DNA from: an uncultured Methanosarcinales archaeon
GTDB taxonomy: Archaea > Nanobdellota > Nanobdellia > Woesearchaeales > CAZOXR01
Assembly: GCA_964566535.1 (NCBI GenBank)
Contig: CAZMIO010000004.1
Span: 1 to 64,000, forward strand
Direction of reading: 5' to 3'
DNA length: 64,000 nt
Shown one piece after another: positions 8,824 to 19,600 of the stretch (positions are counted from its first letter, which is position 1; every line of letters begins with the position of its first letter). The notes under the pieces are model-generated. The model saw only the letters and a list, made by a program, of their open reading frames with translations. It searched no databases and had not been told where the DNA came from. Position numbers and translations under genes: made by a program.

Positions 8824-10437
8824 ATGCAACAAGAACTAATTTTAAAAAAGAAGGAACTAGTGGAGTTTTTCCTAAAGGATAACATACTGATAAGTTCAGA
8901 TATTTTTGTACAGTTGGATGAGGCAGAGTTATACAATGCACATAAAATCATAATGGCAGATACAAAGACTTCTGACTTCCTCATACTAAATAATGACATT
9001 AAAAACCTTTTTTGTAAATCAAGGCACCTCGAAGTCAATTGGTTAGACTTAGAAAAATCAATGGTGTTGTTAGAGAAAGGCAAAAACAAGAAAGTGTATA
9101 AGAGATTTATTGATTATTTGACATCGCCAAAAACGGAGGAAAAACCAATAAAGGTGGACGAGCTGCCAGAATTAGAGACGCCCCAGGTAAAAGTAATCTC
9201 TTCTTACAAGGAAGAGTCCGTAAAAAGGGAAATTCAGGATTTTGTAAAGTATTACTCTGCAAGGTATAAGGCACTTGAAGCAATACTTATGCAAAGACCA
9301 GACCTAACTAATATTACTTCCATAAATCGGATAATCCAAAAAAAAGACAGGGAAGCAGTAACTTTAATTGGACTCATCAAAGAAAAAGAAACGACCAAAA
9401 ATAATAATGTGATGATCACTCTAGAAGATACAACTGGGAACATTAAGGTACTGGTAAATAAAAACAAGCCAGATCTTTACGACACAGCAAAGAACATGGT
9501 GGTAGATGAAGTTATTGCAGTCAAAGGAGTAAATGGGCAGAACATTGTTTTTGCAAACAAAGTTTATCTGCCAGACGTCCCATTAAGGGAACTTAAGAAA
9601 AGCCCAGAGGAAGGATACGCATTAGTTTTATCTGATTTGCATGTTGGTTCTAATAATTTCCTCCCTGACGATTTTGATAGGTTGATTAAATGGTTGAGGG
9701 GGGAGCTAGGAAACGAAACACAACAAGAAACAGCCAAAAAAGTCAAGTACATTTTCATCGTAGGGGATTTAGTGGACGGGTGCGGAATCTATCCTGGGCA
9801 GGACGATGAATTGACCATCAAAGACATATCAGAGCAGTACGAAGAATGCGCAAGATTGTTAAAGCAGATACCTTCAAGGGTAAACCTCATTATCTGCCCA
9901 GGAAACCACGATGCTATGCGGATGGCAGAACCACAATTACCAATCTATAAAGATTTTTCAAAATCTTTACATGAGATGTCTAATGTACTCATGGTTTCTA
10001 ATCCCGCTTTAGTGAACATAGATTCAACAAAAGACTTCTCAGGGTTCGACGTCTTATTGTACCACGGATATTCTTTTGATTATTTTGTTGCAAATGTGGA
10101 TTCGATAAGGAACAACGGAGGTTATGATCGTGGCGACTTAATAATGAAGTACTTACTCCAAAGAAGACATCTAGCACCATCCCATACTGCCACATTATAC
10201 ATCCCAGATCCCACTAATGACCCGTTAGTGATAGACCCAGTTCCAGATTTATTTGTTACGGGACATATACATAAGTCAATAGCATCAAATTATAGGGGCG
10301 TTACAATGATTTCAGGATCGTGCTGGCAGGCAAAAACCCCCTTCCAGGAAAAAGTAGGACACAATCCTGAGCCAAGTAGGGCACCAATAGTAAATCTTCA
10401 AACAAGGGAAGTAAAGATTTTGAAGTTTGGAAAGTAA
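8824..10437 (+). CDS. polB: DNA polymerase D small subunit DP1
   Basis: OB fold plus calcineurin-like phosphoesterase motifs SDLHVGS, GDLVDG, PGNHD, YHG, GHIH. Confidence 0.96.
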   Translation: MQQELILKKKELVEFFLKDNILISSDIFVQLDEAELYNAHKIIMADTKTSDFLILNNDIKNLFCKSRHLEVNWLDLEKSMVLLEKGKNKKVYKRFIDYLTSPKTEEKPIKVDELPELETPQVKVISSYKEESVKREIQDFVKYYSARYKALEAILMQRPDLTNITSINRIIQKKDREAVTLIGLIKEKETTKNNNVMITLEDTTGNIKVLVNKNKPDLYDTAKNMVVDEVIAVKGVNGQNIVFANKVYLPDVPLRELKKSPEEGYALVLSDLHVGSNNFLPDDFDRLIKWLRGELGNETQQETAKKVKYIFIVGDLVDGCGIYPGQDDELTIKDISEQYEECARLLKQIPSRVNLIICPGNHDAMRMAEPQLPIYKDFSKSLHEMSNVLMVSNPALVNIDSTKDFSGFDVLLYHGYSFDYFVANVDSIRNNGGYDRGDLIMKYLLQRRHLAPSHTATLYIPDPTNDPLVIDPVPDLFVTGHIHKSIASNYRGVTMISGSCWQAKTPFQEKVGHNPEPSRAPIVNLQTREVKILKFGK

Positions 10438-10438
10438 A

Positions 10439-13400
10439 ATGGCAGAAAAACAAATGAGCAAGGAAATAGAATCTTACTTTCAAGATATCAATAAGGAAGT
10501 TAAAAAAACAAATGATGTTGCCAACAAGGCCAGAAAGAAAGGCCTCGATCCGGAAGATAAGTCGGCAATTCCTCTTGCAAAGAATATGGCAGAAAGGGTA
10601 GAAGGCCTAATCTCTGCAGTCGCCCCTCAAATAATTGGTTCTGGAATATCAAAAAGGATCCCTGAGTTGGAAAAACTATATGGTAGTCTAGATTGGAGGG
10701 TGGCTTTAGTTATTGCCGAAGAGATAGCTAATGAGAAGTTCTGTAAGTTTGAAAATAAGATGGAGGCAATAACTATAGGTATTCGGGTAGGGTTTGCTTA
10801 TTTGACCTTGGGGAGTGTCGCATCCCCTTTAGAGGGGTTTGTTGAGATTAAGATTGGTAAAACTAGCGCGAACGAAGAATATTTCGATGTCTATTATTCT
10901 GGCCCAGTAAGATCTGCAGGGGGAACAGCGGCAGCAGTCTCAGTTGTGCTAATCGATTATATTCGAAAAAAGTTAGGATATGCTGCCTATGACCCAACCG
11001 AAAAAGAAGTTCTGAGGATGATTACTGAGGTTAATGATTATCATGAGAGAGTCACAAACCTCCAGTATAAACCAAGTGAAGAAGAACTAAAGTTTTTGTT
11101 AAAACATATGCCTGTGCAGATTAATGGAGACCCATCTGAGAAGATCGAGGTTAGCAATCACAAGGACTTAAAGAGGATTGCCACGAATAGAGTGAGGAAT
11201 GGGCCTTGTTTGGTAGTTGCAGAGAGCTTAGCTCAGAAGGCCCCAAAGGTTTGGACAAGACTTTCTAAGTGGGCAAAGGATTTTGATTTAGAGAATTGGG
11301 CTTTTTTGGAAGAATTTGTTAAGATACAAAAGAAGATGAAATCAGGGGACGGCAGTAGCGATGAAGGGGACAAACCAAAAGAAAAAATAACTCCGGTCTA
11401 CACTTACATCCAGGATTTAGTTGCTGGAAGACCAGTACTAACTCACCCATTAAGGACAGGGGGATTTAGGCTAAGGTATGGGCGGTGTAGGAATTCTGGC
11501 TATTCGTCTGCTTGTTTGAGTCCCTTGACAACACTCGTGTTGAATAGATATATTGGCATAGGGACACAACTCAAAGTTGAGAGGCCAGGCAAGGCTGCTT
11601 CAATGTCTGTTTGTGATTCCATTGATGGGCCGATCGTCAAATTAAAAGATGGATCTGTAGTAAAGATAGAAACAGAACAAAAAGCAAAAGAGGTTTTGGA
11701 TTATATCGATAAGCTTCTTTATTTGGGAGACATTCTTTTTAATTATGGGGATTTTTTTAATAGGGCACATATATTATTACCTGCAGGATATTGCGAGGAG
11801 TGGTGGATTCAAGAGCTAGAAAAAGCAACTGTTGATCTATTTGGGAATTTAGACCTGGTTAAACTATCTGGATTAGTAGACATCCCAACAGAAGAATTAG
11901 AGTTAGTCGTTAAGGACCCACTTTATCATAAGTTAAGTGCCAGTAATTCCATCTCTCTTTCCGAGAAACTAGGAATCCCTCTACATCCAAGATTCACATA
12001 TTATTGGAAGAGTCTGAATAACGAGGGACTATTCGCTTTGGCAGAAATCATTGGCAAGATCCAAATTATAAATGACGAAGTAACTGGAGAGATTAAAAAG
12101 TTGATACTCCCTTTAGAACCCAAACTGAAGCAGGCACTTGAAGACATAGGCATACCTCATTCTATTGCAACGGAAAATGTTATTTTGGAAAAGGGGGACG
12201 CACTGGCTTTTGCATATAGTATTGGGTTAACCAAAAAAGGGGCAATGGAAATTAAATCTGCGATAGAAGATGGCATTGAAGGGGGACCAATTAAAATAAT
12301 CAACTTACTGTCAGGGATTAAAGTGAGGGACAAGTCCGGAACATTTGTTGGAGCAAGGATGGGCCGGCCAGAAAAGGCAAAAATCAGAAAGTTAACTGGA
12401 AGCCCACATGTACTATTTCCTGTGGGGGAAGAAGGGGGGAAAATGAGGTGCTTTCAGTCAGCATTTGAAGCAAAAAAAATAAATTCTAATTTTCCAATCT
12501 ACCACTGTAATAAGTGTGAAAAGGAAACGATATATCCTATTTGTGAGACTTGCGATAGGAAAACAAAGAAGCTTTATTTTTGCAAACAATGCGGGATTAT
12601 CGAGACAGATAAATGCGACCACGGGGATGCGCAGGGCTATAAGAGAAGAGACATAGACATTAATTACTATTTCAATAGCTGCTTAAAAAAATTAGGCATT
12701 AAGGCATACCCCGATATGATTAAGGGGGTAAAGGGAACTTCAAACAAAGACCACATTCCAGAACATTTGATGAAAGGAATCTTAAGGGCAAAACACGAGA
12801 TTTATGTTAACAAGGATGGCACTACCCGGCATGATATGACTCAACTTGCGCTAACTCATTTTAAACCAATGGAGGTTGGCACAACAATTGAAAAGTTAAA
12901 GGAGATTGGATATACTAATGACATAAAAGGGAATCCTATTGAAAATGAAAATCAAGTTTTGGAGCTAAAGCCTCAAGACATAGTGCTTCCTTCATGTAAC
13001 CAATCTATTGAAGAGGGGGCAGACCACATACTGTTCAGGGTTGCCAACTTCGTGGACGATTGTTTAAAACAGTTTTATGGCACAAATTCATTTTATAATT
13101 TAAAGTCAGAAAAAGATCTTGTAGGGCAGTTAGTTGTAGCTTTAGCGCCACATACCTCTGCAGGAATTGTATGCAGGATAGTGGGATTTTCAAAAACCCA
13201 AGGATTTTATGCACATCCGATGGTCCATGCAGCAACCCGTAGAGATTGTGATGGGGACGAAGCAAGCGTTGTGTTGTTGCTTGATGCAATGCTTAATTTT
13301 TCACGACAATACCTTCCAAATACGAGGGGGGCCACACAAGATGCACCGTTAGTTTTAACTTCTAATTTGGTTCCTGCAGAGTTAGATGACATGGTCTTTG

Positions 13401-13993
13401 ATATGGATGTTGCGTGGAAATATTCGCTTGACTTTTATGAAGCCTGCGAGGCATACAAATATCCTTGGGATGTTGATGTAGATATGATTGGGAAGCGGTT
13501 GAATAAGGAAGGACAATATGAGGGGATGGGATTCACACACCCCACAAGAGACATTAATTCAGGTGTAAGATGTTCTGCTTACAAAACCCTTCCATCCATG
13601 GAAGAGAAACTTAAAGGGCAGATGGATTTAGCAGAGAAAATTGTTGCAGTTGATGAATCTGATGTTGCAAGATTGGTTATTGAAAAACATTTTATTCGAG
13701 ACATTAGGGGAAACCTAAGAAAGTTTTCACAGCAGATGTTTAGGTGCGTTGCCTGTAATGAAAAATTTAGAAGGCCACCCTTAGTTGGGAAGTGTACTCA
13801 GTGCGGTGGAAAAATTATTTTTACTATCTCTCAAGGTTCAATTGTTAAATACCTCGAGCCAGCAATTTCTTTGGCTGAGAAATATAATGTAAGGCCATAC
13901 TTAAAACAAAGTTTAGAATTAACTAAACGGCATGTGGAGTGTGTGTTTGGCAGGGATAAGGAGAAACAAGCAGGATTGGGTGCTTGGTTTTAA
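10439..13993 (+). CDS. polC: DNA polymerase D large subunit DP2 (likely ATG start 10439)
   Basis: 'YYSGPVRSAGGT', 'GGFRLRYGR', catalytic 'RRDCDGDE', Zn fingers, C-terminal PIP box QAGLGAWF; no intein. Confidence 0.97.
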   Translation: MAEKQMSKEIESYFQDINKEVKKTNDVANKARKKGLDPEDKSAIPLAKNMAERVEGLISAVAPQIIGSGISKRIPELEKLYGSLDWRVALVIAEEIANEKFCKFENKMEAITIGIRVGFAYLTLGSVASPLEGFVEIKIGKTSANEEYFDVYYSGPVRSAGGTAAAVSVVLIDYIRKKLGYAAYDPTEKEVLRMITEVNDYHERVTNLQYKPSEEELKFLLKHMPVQINGDPSEKIEVSNHKDLKRIATNRVRNGPCLVVAESLAQKAPKVWTRLSKWAKDFDLENWAFLEEFVKIQKKMKSGDGSSDEGDKPKEKITPVYTYIQDLVAGRPVLTHPLRTGGFRLRYGRCRNSGYSSACLSPLTTLVLNRYIGIGTQLKVERPGKAASMSVCDSIDGPIVKLKDGSVVKIETEQKAKEVLDYIDKLLYLGDILFNYGDFFNRAHILLPAGYCEEWWIQELEKATVDLFGNLDLVKLSGLVDIPTEELELVVKDPLYHKLSASNSISLSEKLGIPLHPRFTYYWKSLNNEGLFALAEIIGKIQIINDEVTGEIKKLILPLEPKLKQALEDIGIPHSIATENVILEKGDALAFAYSIGLTKKGAMEIKSAIEDGIEGGPIKIINLLSGIKVRDKSGTFVGARMGRPEKAKIRKLTGSPHVLFPVGEEGGKMRCFQSAFEAKKINSNFPIYHCNKCEKETIYPICETCDRKTKKLYFCKQCGIIETDKCDHGDAQGYKRRDIDINYYFNSCLKKLGIKAYPDMIKGVKGTSNKDHIPEHLMKGILRAKHEIYVNKDGTTRHDMTQLALTHFKPMEVGTTIEKLKEIGYTNDIKGNPIENENQVLELKPQDIVLPSCNQSIEEGADHILFRVANFVDDCLKQFYGTNSFYNLKSEKDLVGQLVVALAPHTSAGIVCRIVGFSKTQGFYAHPMVHAATRRDCDGDEASVVLLLDAMLNFSRQYLPNTRGATQDAPLVLTSNLVPAELDDMVFDMDVAWKYSLDFYEACEAYKYPWDVDVDMIGKRLNKEGQYEGMGFTHPTRDINSGVRCSAYKTLPSMEEKLKGQMDLAEKIVAVDESDVARLVIEKHFIRDIRGNLRKFSQQMFRCVACNEKFRRPPLVGKCTQCGGKIIFTISQGSIVKYLEPAISLAEKYNVRPYLKQSLELTKRHVECVFGRDKEKQAGLGAWF

Positions 13994-14284
13994 TTATTCT
14001 AATATTGCTTGAACATGGGGGATAGAATCTATTTTAATCACGTTTTCTTTTTCGGCAATCCCTGCCTTTATTGCTAGGTCAACTGATTTTTGGCCAACTA
14101 AGTTTACCATATAAGCGTTTTTGAAAGAGTTTAGAATTTTTGTTTCATCTGCTTCTTGGCCGTCATAGAAATGCGATGTAAGGTCCAATTGGAGTTTACC
14201 TTCCTCAAACTTTTTCCCTTTAAGTTCAGAGTCACAAACGGCCACAATCTTTTTTTCTTGGTTTTCGTGGATTTTTAGAATCAT
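13994..14284 (-). CDS. DUF424 family protein
   Basis: 'IVAVCDSELKGKKF...FYDG...NLVG...IPHVQ' pattern; next to aIF2-beta as in many archaea. Confidence 0.8.
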   Translation of the reverse strand: MILKIHENQEKKIVAVCDSELKGKKFEEGKLQLDLTSHFYDGQEADETKILNSFKNAYMVNLVGQKSVDLAIKAGIAEKENVIKIDSIPHVQAILE

Positions 14285-14291
14285 CTTATGT

Positions 14292-14702
14292 TTAGATTTT
14301 TGCCTTTACGTGGTGTTTGCTTCCACATGCTGTGCATTTTAGGTAAGCAAAACTGCCTTCCTTTTCTATTTTAGTATCTGGTTTGCCACAATCTGGGCAT
14401 AGCACAAATTCATTTGCATATTTCCTTATTTTTTCATTGATCCTAGAAGCAGGAACCTTTGTTCCGAATATTACTGAACCAGATTTTTTCATTTCCCCAG
14501 GAGATGCAAGTTCTTTAAGAATGAATTTTAAAATATGTTCTACATTTCTTCTCAATATGTTGGCAATTTGATTTAAATTAGTTATGATTGTTTTATTACC
14601 TTGGATATGGCCTAGCACCTTTGGTATTTCAAACCGTTCTTTTTGGAACACTGCCTCTGGTAGGTCCTTTCTTGCTTTTTTCAATAGTTTTTCGTAATCC
14701 AT
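14292..14702 (-). CDS. eif2b: Translation initiation factor aIF2 beta subunit
   Basis: 'YEKLL...ERFEIP...GNKTII', C-terminal CPDC...CTACG zinc ribbon. Confidence 0.95.
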   Translation of the reverse strand: MDYEKLLKKARKDLPEAVFQKERFEIPKVLGHIQGNKTIITNLNQIANILRRNVEHILKFILKELASPGEMKKSGSVIFGTKVPASRINEKIRKYANEFVLCPDCGKPDTKIEKEGSFAYLKCTACGSKHHVKAKI

Positions 14703-14750
14703 ACATCCTGGAAAGGAGATTTTGTTTATAAATCTACTGATTAAGGGATT

Positions 14751-14937
14751 AAATCAGAAAGCCAGAAATCCTCACTCTTTTATCTCAAACTTCGCTTGAG
14801 GGGCTCAAAACTTGTTTTGAAGTAGGTTGGGGATGAATGGCTCTCCATTGGCTTTCTGATTTCCTAAAAATTTAGGTTAATATCGGTCCCGATCAATCTC
14901 CCATTTATGGCAGGGGTAGGGGACAACCTAAATTTTT
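14751..14937. repeat. Two adjacent long inverted-repeat structures; the first resembles an IS200/IS605 end
   Basis: Perfect 14-bp IR aaatcagaaagcca 14751-14764 / 14849-14862; perfect 13-bp IR aaaaatttaggtt 14866-14878 / 14925-14937; internal hairpins. Confidence 0.6.
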
Positions 14938-15001
14938 TTGAATTTACACTAACTACTAGTTTAACAAAAAGTATATAAATTGTGTGGGCTATTGACTAAA
15001 T

Positions 15002-15853
15002 ATGGTTGTAGAATCATTATTTCATCCGATTAGTGCAGAGAAGAAGCCCATGAGGTTATTTTTTATTGGTTTTTTGTATTCCTCAATAGCAGTTTTTCTT
15101 TCACTTTGGATTTTTGAGAACCAAGCAAGTTTTATTATGGTTTTTCTAATTGTCATTGCCTGCGTTCCTTTGTTGTATAATACCATCAAATTGGAAGAGT
15201 CTAAAGATATGGTGATTGTTGGTAGAAGAAAATTACTTAGGGAGCATGGTAAGGCAATAAAGTTTCTGATGTTTCTTTTTTTAGGCATAACTCTTTCTTC
15301 AGTTTTGTGGTATACTGTCTTGCCAAGAGAGGTTGTGAACACTTTGTTTGATAAACAAACAAAGACAATATCGGAGATCAACAATAATGTTTCAGGGAAT
15401 GCGACAACTCAAGTCGGAAGGTTTTTTAAGATATTTTTTAATAATCTGAAGGTGTTATCTTTTGCCATATTATTTGCACTTGTCTATGGTACAGGGGCAA
15501 TTTTTATTTTGACATGGAATGCTACAATCATAGGCACAGCCATGGGGAATTTTATTAGGCAGAATTTGGCTTCGTATGCAGGTACTTTTGGTGCAGTGAA
15601 TATTGCATCTTATTTTCAGGTTGTGTCACTAGGTATTTTAAGGTATATGATTCATGGGATTCCAGAGATCATGGCGTATTTTTATGGCGGTTTGGCAGGG
15701 GGGATAATCTCGGTAGCAGTTATACGCCACCACTACACCTCTAAGAAATTCCTAACAATAGTAGAAGATTCTGCAGATTTAGTCATGTTATCTATATTCT
15801 TACTTGTGGTAGGCGCACTTCTAGAAGTTTATATAACTCCAATACTATTCTAG
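15002..15853 (+). CDS. SpoIIM/DUF95 family integral membrane protein
   Basis: Multiple TM helices; 'IFFNNLKV', 'HGIPEI', 'ALLEVYITP'. Confidence 0.85.
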   Translation: MVVESLFHPISAEKKPMRLFFIGFLYSSIAVFLSLWIFENQASFIMVFLIVIACVPLLYNTIKLEESKDMVIVGRRKLLREHGKAIKFLMFLFLGITLSSVLWYTVLPREVVNTLFDKQTKTISEINNNVSGNATTQVGRFFKIFFNNLKVLSFAILFALVYGTGAIFILTWNATIIGTAMGNFIRQNLASYAGTFGAVNIASYFQVVSLGILRYMIHGIPEIMAYFYGGLAGGIISVAVIRHHYTSKKFLTIVEDSADLVMLSIFLLVVGALLEVYITPILF

Positions 15854-16540
15854 AATTTTTAGTTTTCCCGGCTTAACTTCGAATATTTCTCCTTCTTCCA
15901 ATAATTTTTTAACTAGTTGTTCTGCGTTTTCAAGGTTGGACTTAGAGATTACTTCTTCAGTGTCTGCACCCTCTCCGCTATCGGTTGATTTTATCAGTTG
16001 GAATATTTTGTCTGCAGGAGTGTTAGACTCTTCTACAGGGGGCTGAGTCATGTCGGTTGTCTCAACAACCGGTTCAGTTGCAACAACTTCTTCTTTTGGT
16101 GATTGTGGGGCAGAAACAGTCGGAGCAGAAATATTTTTAGCTAATTCTAATTGTCTTACTTTTATCCAATCAGGATTATCTACTTTTTTTAATACTTCAG
16201 GAGTTAAGTATTTTTCAGTTCCAAATTCCCTTGGACGACCGATTACTAGGACTATATCTCCAATATTTACATTATCAAAGATTCCATTATTTTCAAAGGT
16301 CCTAACTGAGATGTTGCCAGTTCCATCATCTAATACTACACTTTTATGGGGGGATGTTTGATCTGGGGCGTTTACCACCACCGTGCCAATTATATTTACT
16401 CTTGAGACTTGGTGGTTACCTATTTCAATATAGTTTGGACTCCATTCTCCCTCGTTTTTAGTATATTGTCCCTCGGCAATATCTTTTATAGTTACTTTAT
16501 ATGCTATCTGCCTTTTTATTTGTTGTTTTTGAGGTTCCAT
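15845..16540 (-). CDS. RPA32-like ssDNA-binding protein (OB fold plus C-terminal wHTH); likely start 16540
   Basis: 'VSRVNIIGTVV', 'LDDGTGNI', 'GDIVLVIGRPREF', C-terminal 'LLEEGEIFEVKPG'. Confidence 0.8.
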   Translation of the reverse strand: MEPQKQQIKRQIAYKVTIKDIAEGQYTKNEGEWSPNYIEIGNHQVSRVNIIGTVVVNAPDQTSPHKSVVLDDGTGNISVRTFENNGIFDNVNIGDIVLVIGRPREFGTEKYLTPEVLKKVDNPDWIKVRQLELAKNISAPTVSAPQSPKEEVVATEPVVETTDMTQPPVEESNTPADKIFQLIKSTDSGEGADTEEVISKSNLENAEQLVKKLLEEGEIFEVKPGKLKILE

Positions 16541-16620
16541 TTGTAATAAGAATGTTAAGTTAGAATCTAAGGTCATATAAAATTATTTTGATTGTAGAAA
16601 ATGGAGGTGGGATAGACTAA

Positions 16621-19600
16621 TTAAGGGATCTGGCTAATGAACCCCCTTTTTGGTTCAAAGATGTCTCCTTGACGTTTTAGTTTTTCTATTATCTCCTCTG
16701 TTTTTTCTTCATTAACTCCTTTTACCTTGGATTCTTCGATCACATCTTCAATAGGGATTGTTTTTCCGACTCTTGATTCAACTTCCTTAATCACATCCTT
16801 AACAACCAATATATTGCTTCTTTGTGAGGCCGAAATTCCAGATGCGATTCTGTCGATGTCTATTTTTCCAGTTTCTTTATCAAAACCTACCTGCATCATA
16901 CTATACTCCAGAAGTTCAATCGCTTTTCTTGAGTCTTTTTTTGTTACTTTGTCTGCTAACCTGATTTTTGCTGCTGCTTCGCTTAGTCTTACAAGTGCTT
17001 CCAACTGTCTTGGGGAGATTTGAATCGTTTTTATTCCTTCTCCTGAGCCACCAGCCCTCATCTTCATATAGTATTCTTGGATTTCTTGGATTGCCTCATC
17101 TGTTAATTGTGGGGATACGTTTTGACGGATGTATGCAACGTATTTTTTTATGAAGTCTGTGGGGATATCTGGCTCTTTGGTGTCTGGATTTTGATGGAGG
17201 TTTAACATGTGGGCAGAAAGGGCCTTGTCTTTTTTTTCATCCGGTAAATCTTTGATTGTGAAAATTAGGTCAAATCTATTGATCAAAGCAGGGGGCAATT
17301 CGATTTGTTCGGCTATGATCCCGTAAGGATCAAATCTTCCGAATTTGGGATTTGCCGCTGCTAAAACTGTTGTTCTGGATACAAGTGTAGCTTGAATATT
17401 TGCCTTTGAGATACTAACTGTCTGGTTTTCCAGTGCTTCATGCATTGCACTTGTATCTTCTGGGCTCATTTTGTCCATCTCGTCTATACAACAGATACCA
17501 TTTGAGCTTAAGACCATTGCACCTGCCTCTAATGACCACCCTTTCAAGAATTCGTCCTTCACAACAGAAGCAGTTAAACCTGCTGCAGAGATTCCTTTCC
17601 CAGAGATGTAGATTCCTTTTGGTGCTACTCGGTTTATTCTTTTAAGCAGGGCAGAATTGTGTATGACTACGCCATCTGCAACAAAATTATGGACTTTATC
17701 AATTTCGAGGTCATAAACATAATCTCCATTGGATTCAATGGTTTCTATACTTCTTATTTTGTCCCAGAATATATCGCTATTGGCGGTTTGATTAAGAATA
17801 TCAATAAGGGGGTCTGATTTTGCTTTACCTATTTCATTATATCTTTTACAAATTAATTTTAATTTATTGTATGAGGGAAACCTATCTCCCTTTTCATAAT
17901 GTTGGTAAGTAGATCTCGTAATTTCAAACGAATTCTGCGATAATCCATACTTTTTTCTTAATATTGATAACAACTCTTTTAATTCAGGGACTACATTGAG
18001 GTTTGTATTTATTTTTAGGTTCTTTTGAATTTCTTTGTTTAATTGTTCATTTTTTTTGGTGGACACAAATCCAATCTCTTTGAAGTATTTGATTACATCT
18101 TCTCCACTTATCCTAATTCGATAGTAACGCCTTTTTATTTTGGCTAATGTGTTTGTTGCACACTTCATAGAAGAGGATACTTGCGAAACAATACCAAATC
18201 TTAAGAGGATATATTTAATATCATAGATTAATTCCTTACTTTTAGAGCTGAATTCTATTTCTCTTCTGCCTTTTCTAATGTGCCCTTCACAATCAAATAT
18301 GGATTTTAGGAAGTCTTTTATTACATAATTCGGAGATTTACAAATCAGCTTAGGGATGCCCATACCTTCAGATTTTTTTGTTATATTTGGGAAGATTTTT
18401 TGTAAGATCCTTACGATGTCTACAGAAAACCAACGATAATCCCAACAATTATTTTTGTTAGTTTTATTGGAAACTTTACATCCAAATATCTTCTTGGTTA
18501 AGTTTTCAAAATCATTTAAAAGGTCTTGATCACTATTTGTGAATCTTATCACCCCAGATGTATCACTAAATCTGACGTACCCATCCCCTATTAAGTATCC
18601 TAAATATCTTGCGAAATCAGAATCAATGATTGGTTTGCACACATACTTTTTTTTGTTATTTGCTTTTGTTTTTTCAATGTCTGAAGGGGTTATCTGTAGC
18701 GAGCCCAGGATATCTATTTTTGAAGGGGTGGCAATATAGTCGCCTAACTTGAATTCGTCAGCCTTTTTAGAAAAAATCAGTCCATTTCTTGTTGTAAAAA
18801 TTGGGTGCTCTCTCGTTACAATTAACTCGTTTCCGGTTTGAGTAACTATCTTTATCATTTTTTTAGGAGATTTTCTTCTCCAAAATTTTAGTGGTTGTGA
18901 TGTGAAATTTAAACCATTTTCATTTATTGAAAAAATTTTCATTGTACTTTCTTGAGAGTTATTGAATGAAATATTTTTTTCGTAAAATGATTCCATGGTT
19001 GTAATTTCTCCATTCTCTAGAATTATTTTGGCATTGCCGTTAGTACACTTACCAGCTCCAGGGTCCCCTACAAGGAGTATGTGGGTATCTCCCCTACTAA
19101 CCACTTTGTCCTGCCTTACTTTTCTAACTCCTCCCACTAATTGGAGAATGAGGGACTCTTTTATCTTTTCATAGCCGTAGATAGATGGGGCTATTGAGTT
19201 AGTTAATCTTGTCAACACTTTAGGGTCACTGCCCAGATCCTTAATTGCAGCCTTCTCTTCATCAGAAATTTCAACGTCTAAGAATGATTCCTCCATTGCC
19301 TCCACAAAATTTGCCTCAATTATTAGGTCAAACCTTGTAGATTTTGCTCCTGTCCTCATAATTATTGGGACTTCTTTAATGATCCCAGTTGTTAAGATTT
19401 TAGAGCCAGGATTTGTTTTTCTCTCACTTAATGGACTTACCAAGTCCTCTTTTAGGAGGAGGTTCATTCTTTTTGGTTGTTGGCCCCCCTCTAATTGGTC
19501 AGGGGCTTCTTCAAGAACAATTCCTTGGGCATCAACCATCTCTTTACTTAATAATCTGAATTTCCCCTTTCTCCCACAGCCACATTTTGTGGGTTCTTTG

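Noticed and set aside
10439..13993. Intein in DP2
   Set aside because: Length is normal, the catalytic region is continuous, and there are no C...HN splice motifs
14703..15001. tRNA, 5S rRNA, SRP RNA or RNase P RNA in the structured intergenic region
   Set aside because: No T-loop GTTCRA cloverleaf, SRP helix-8 or RNase P P4 signature found by eye
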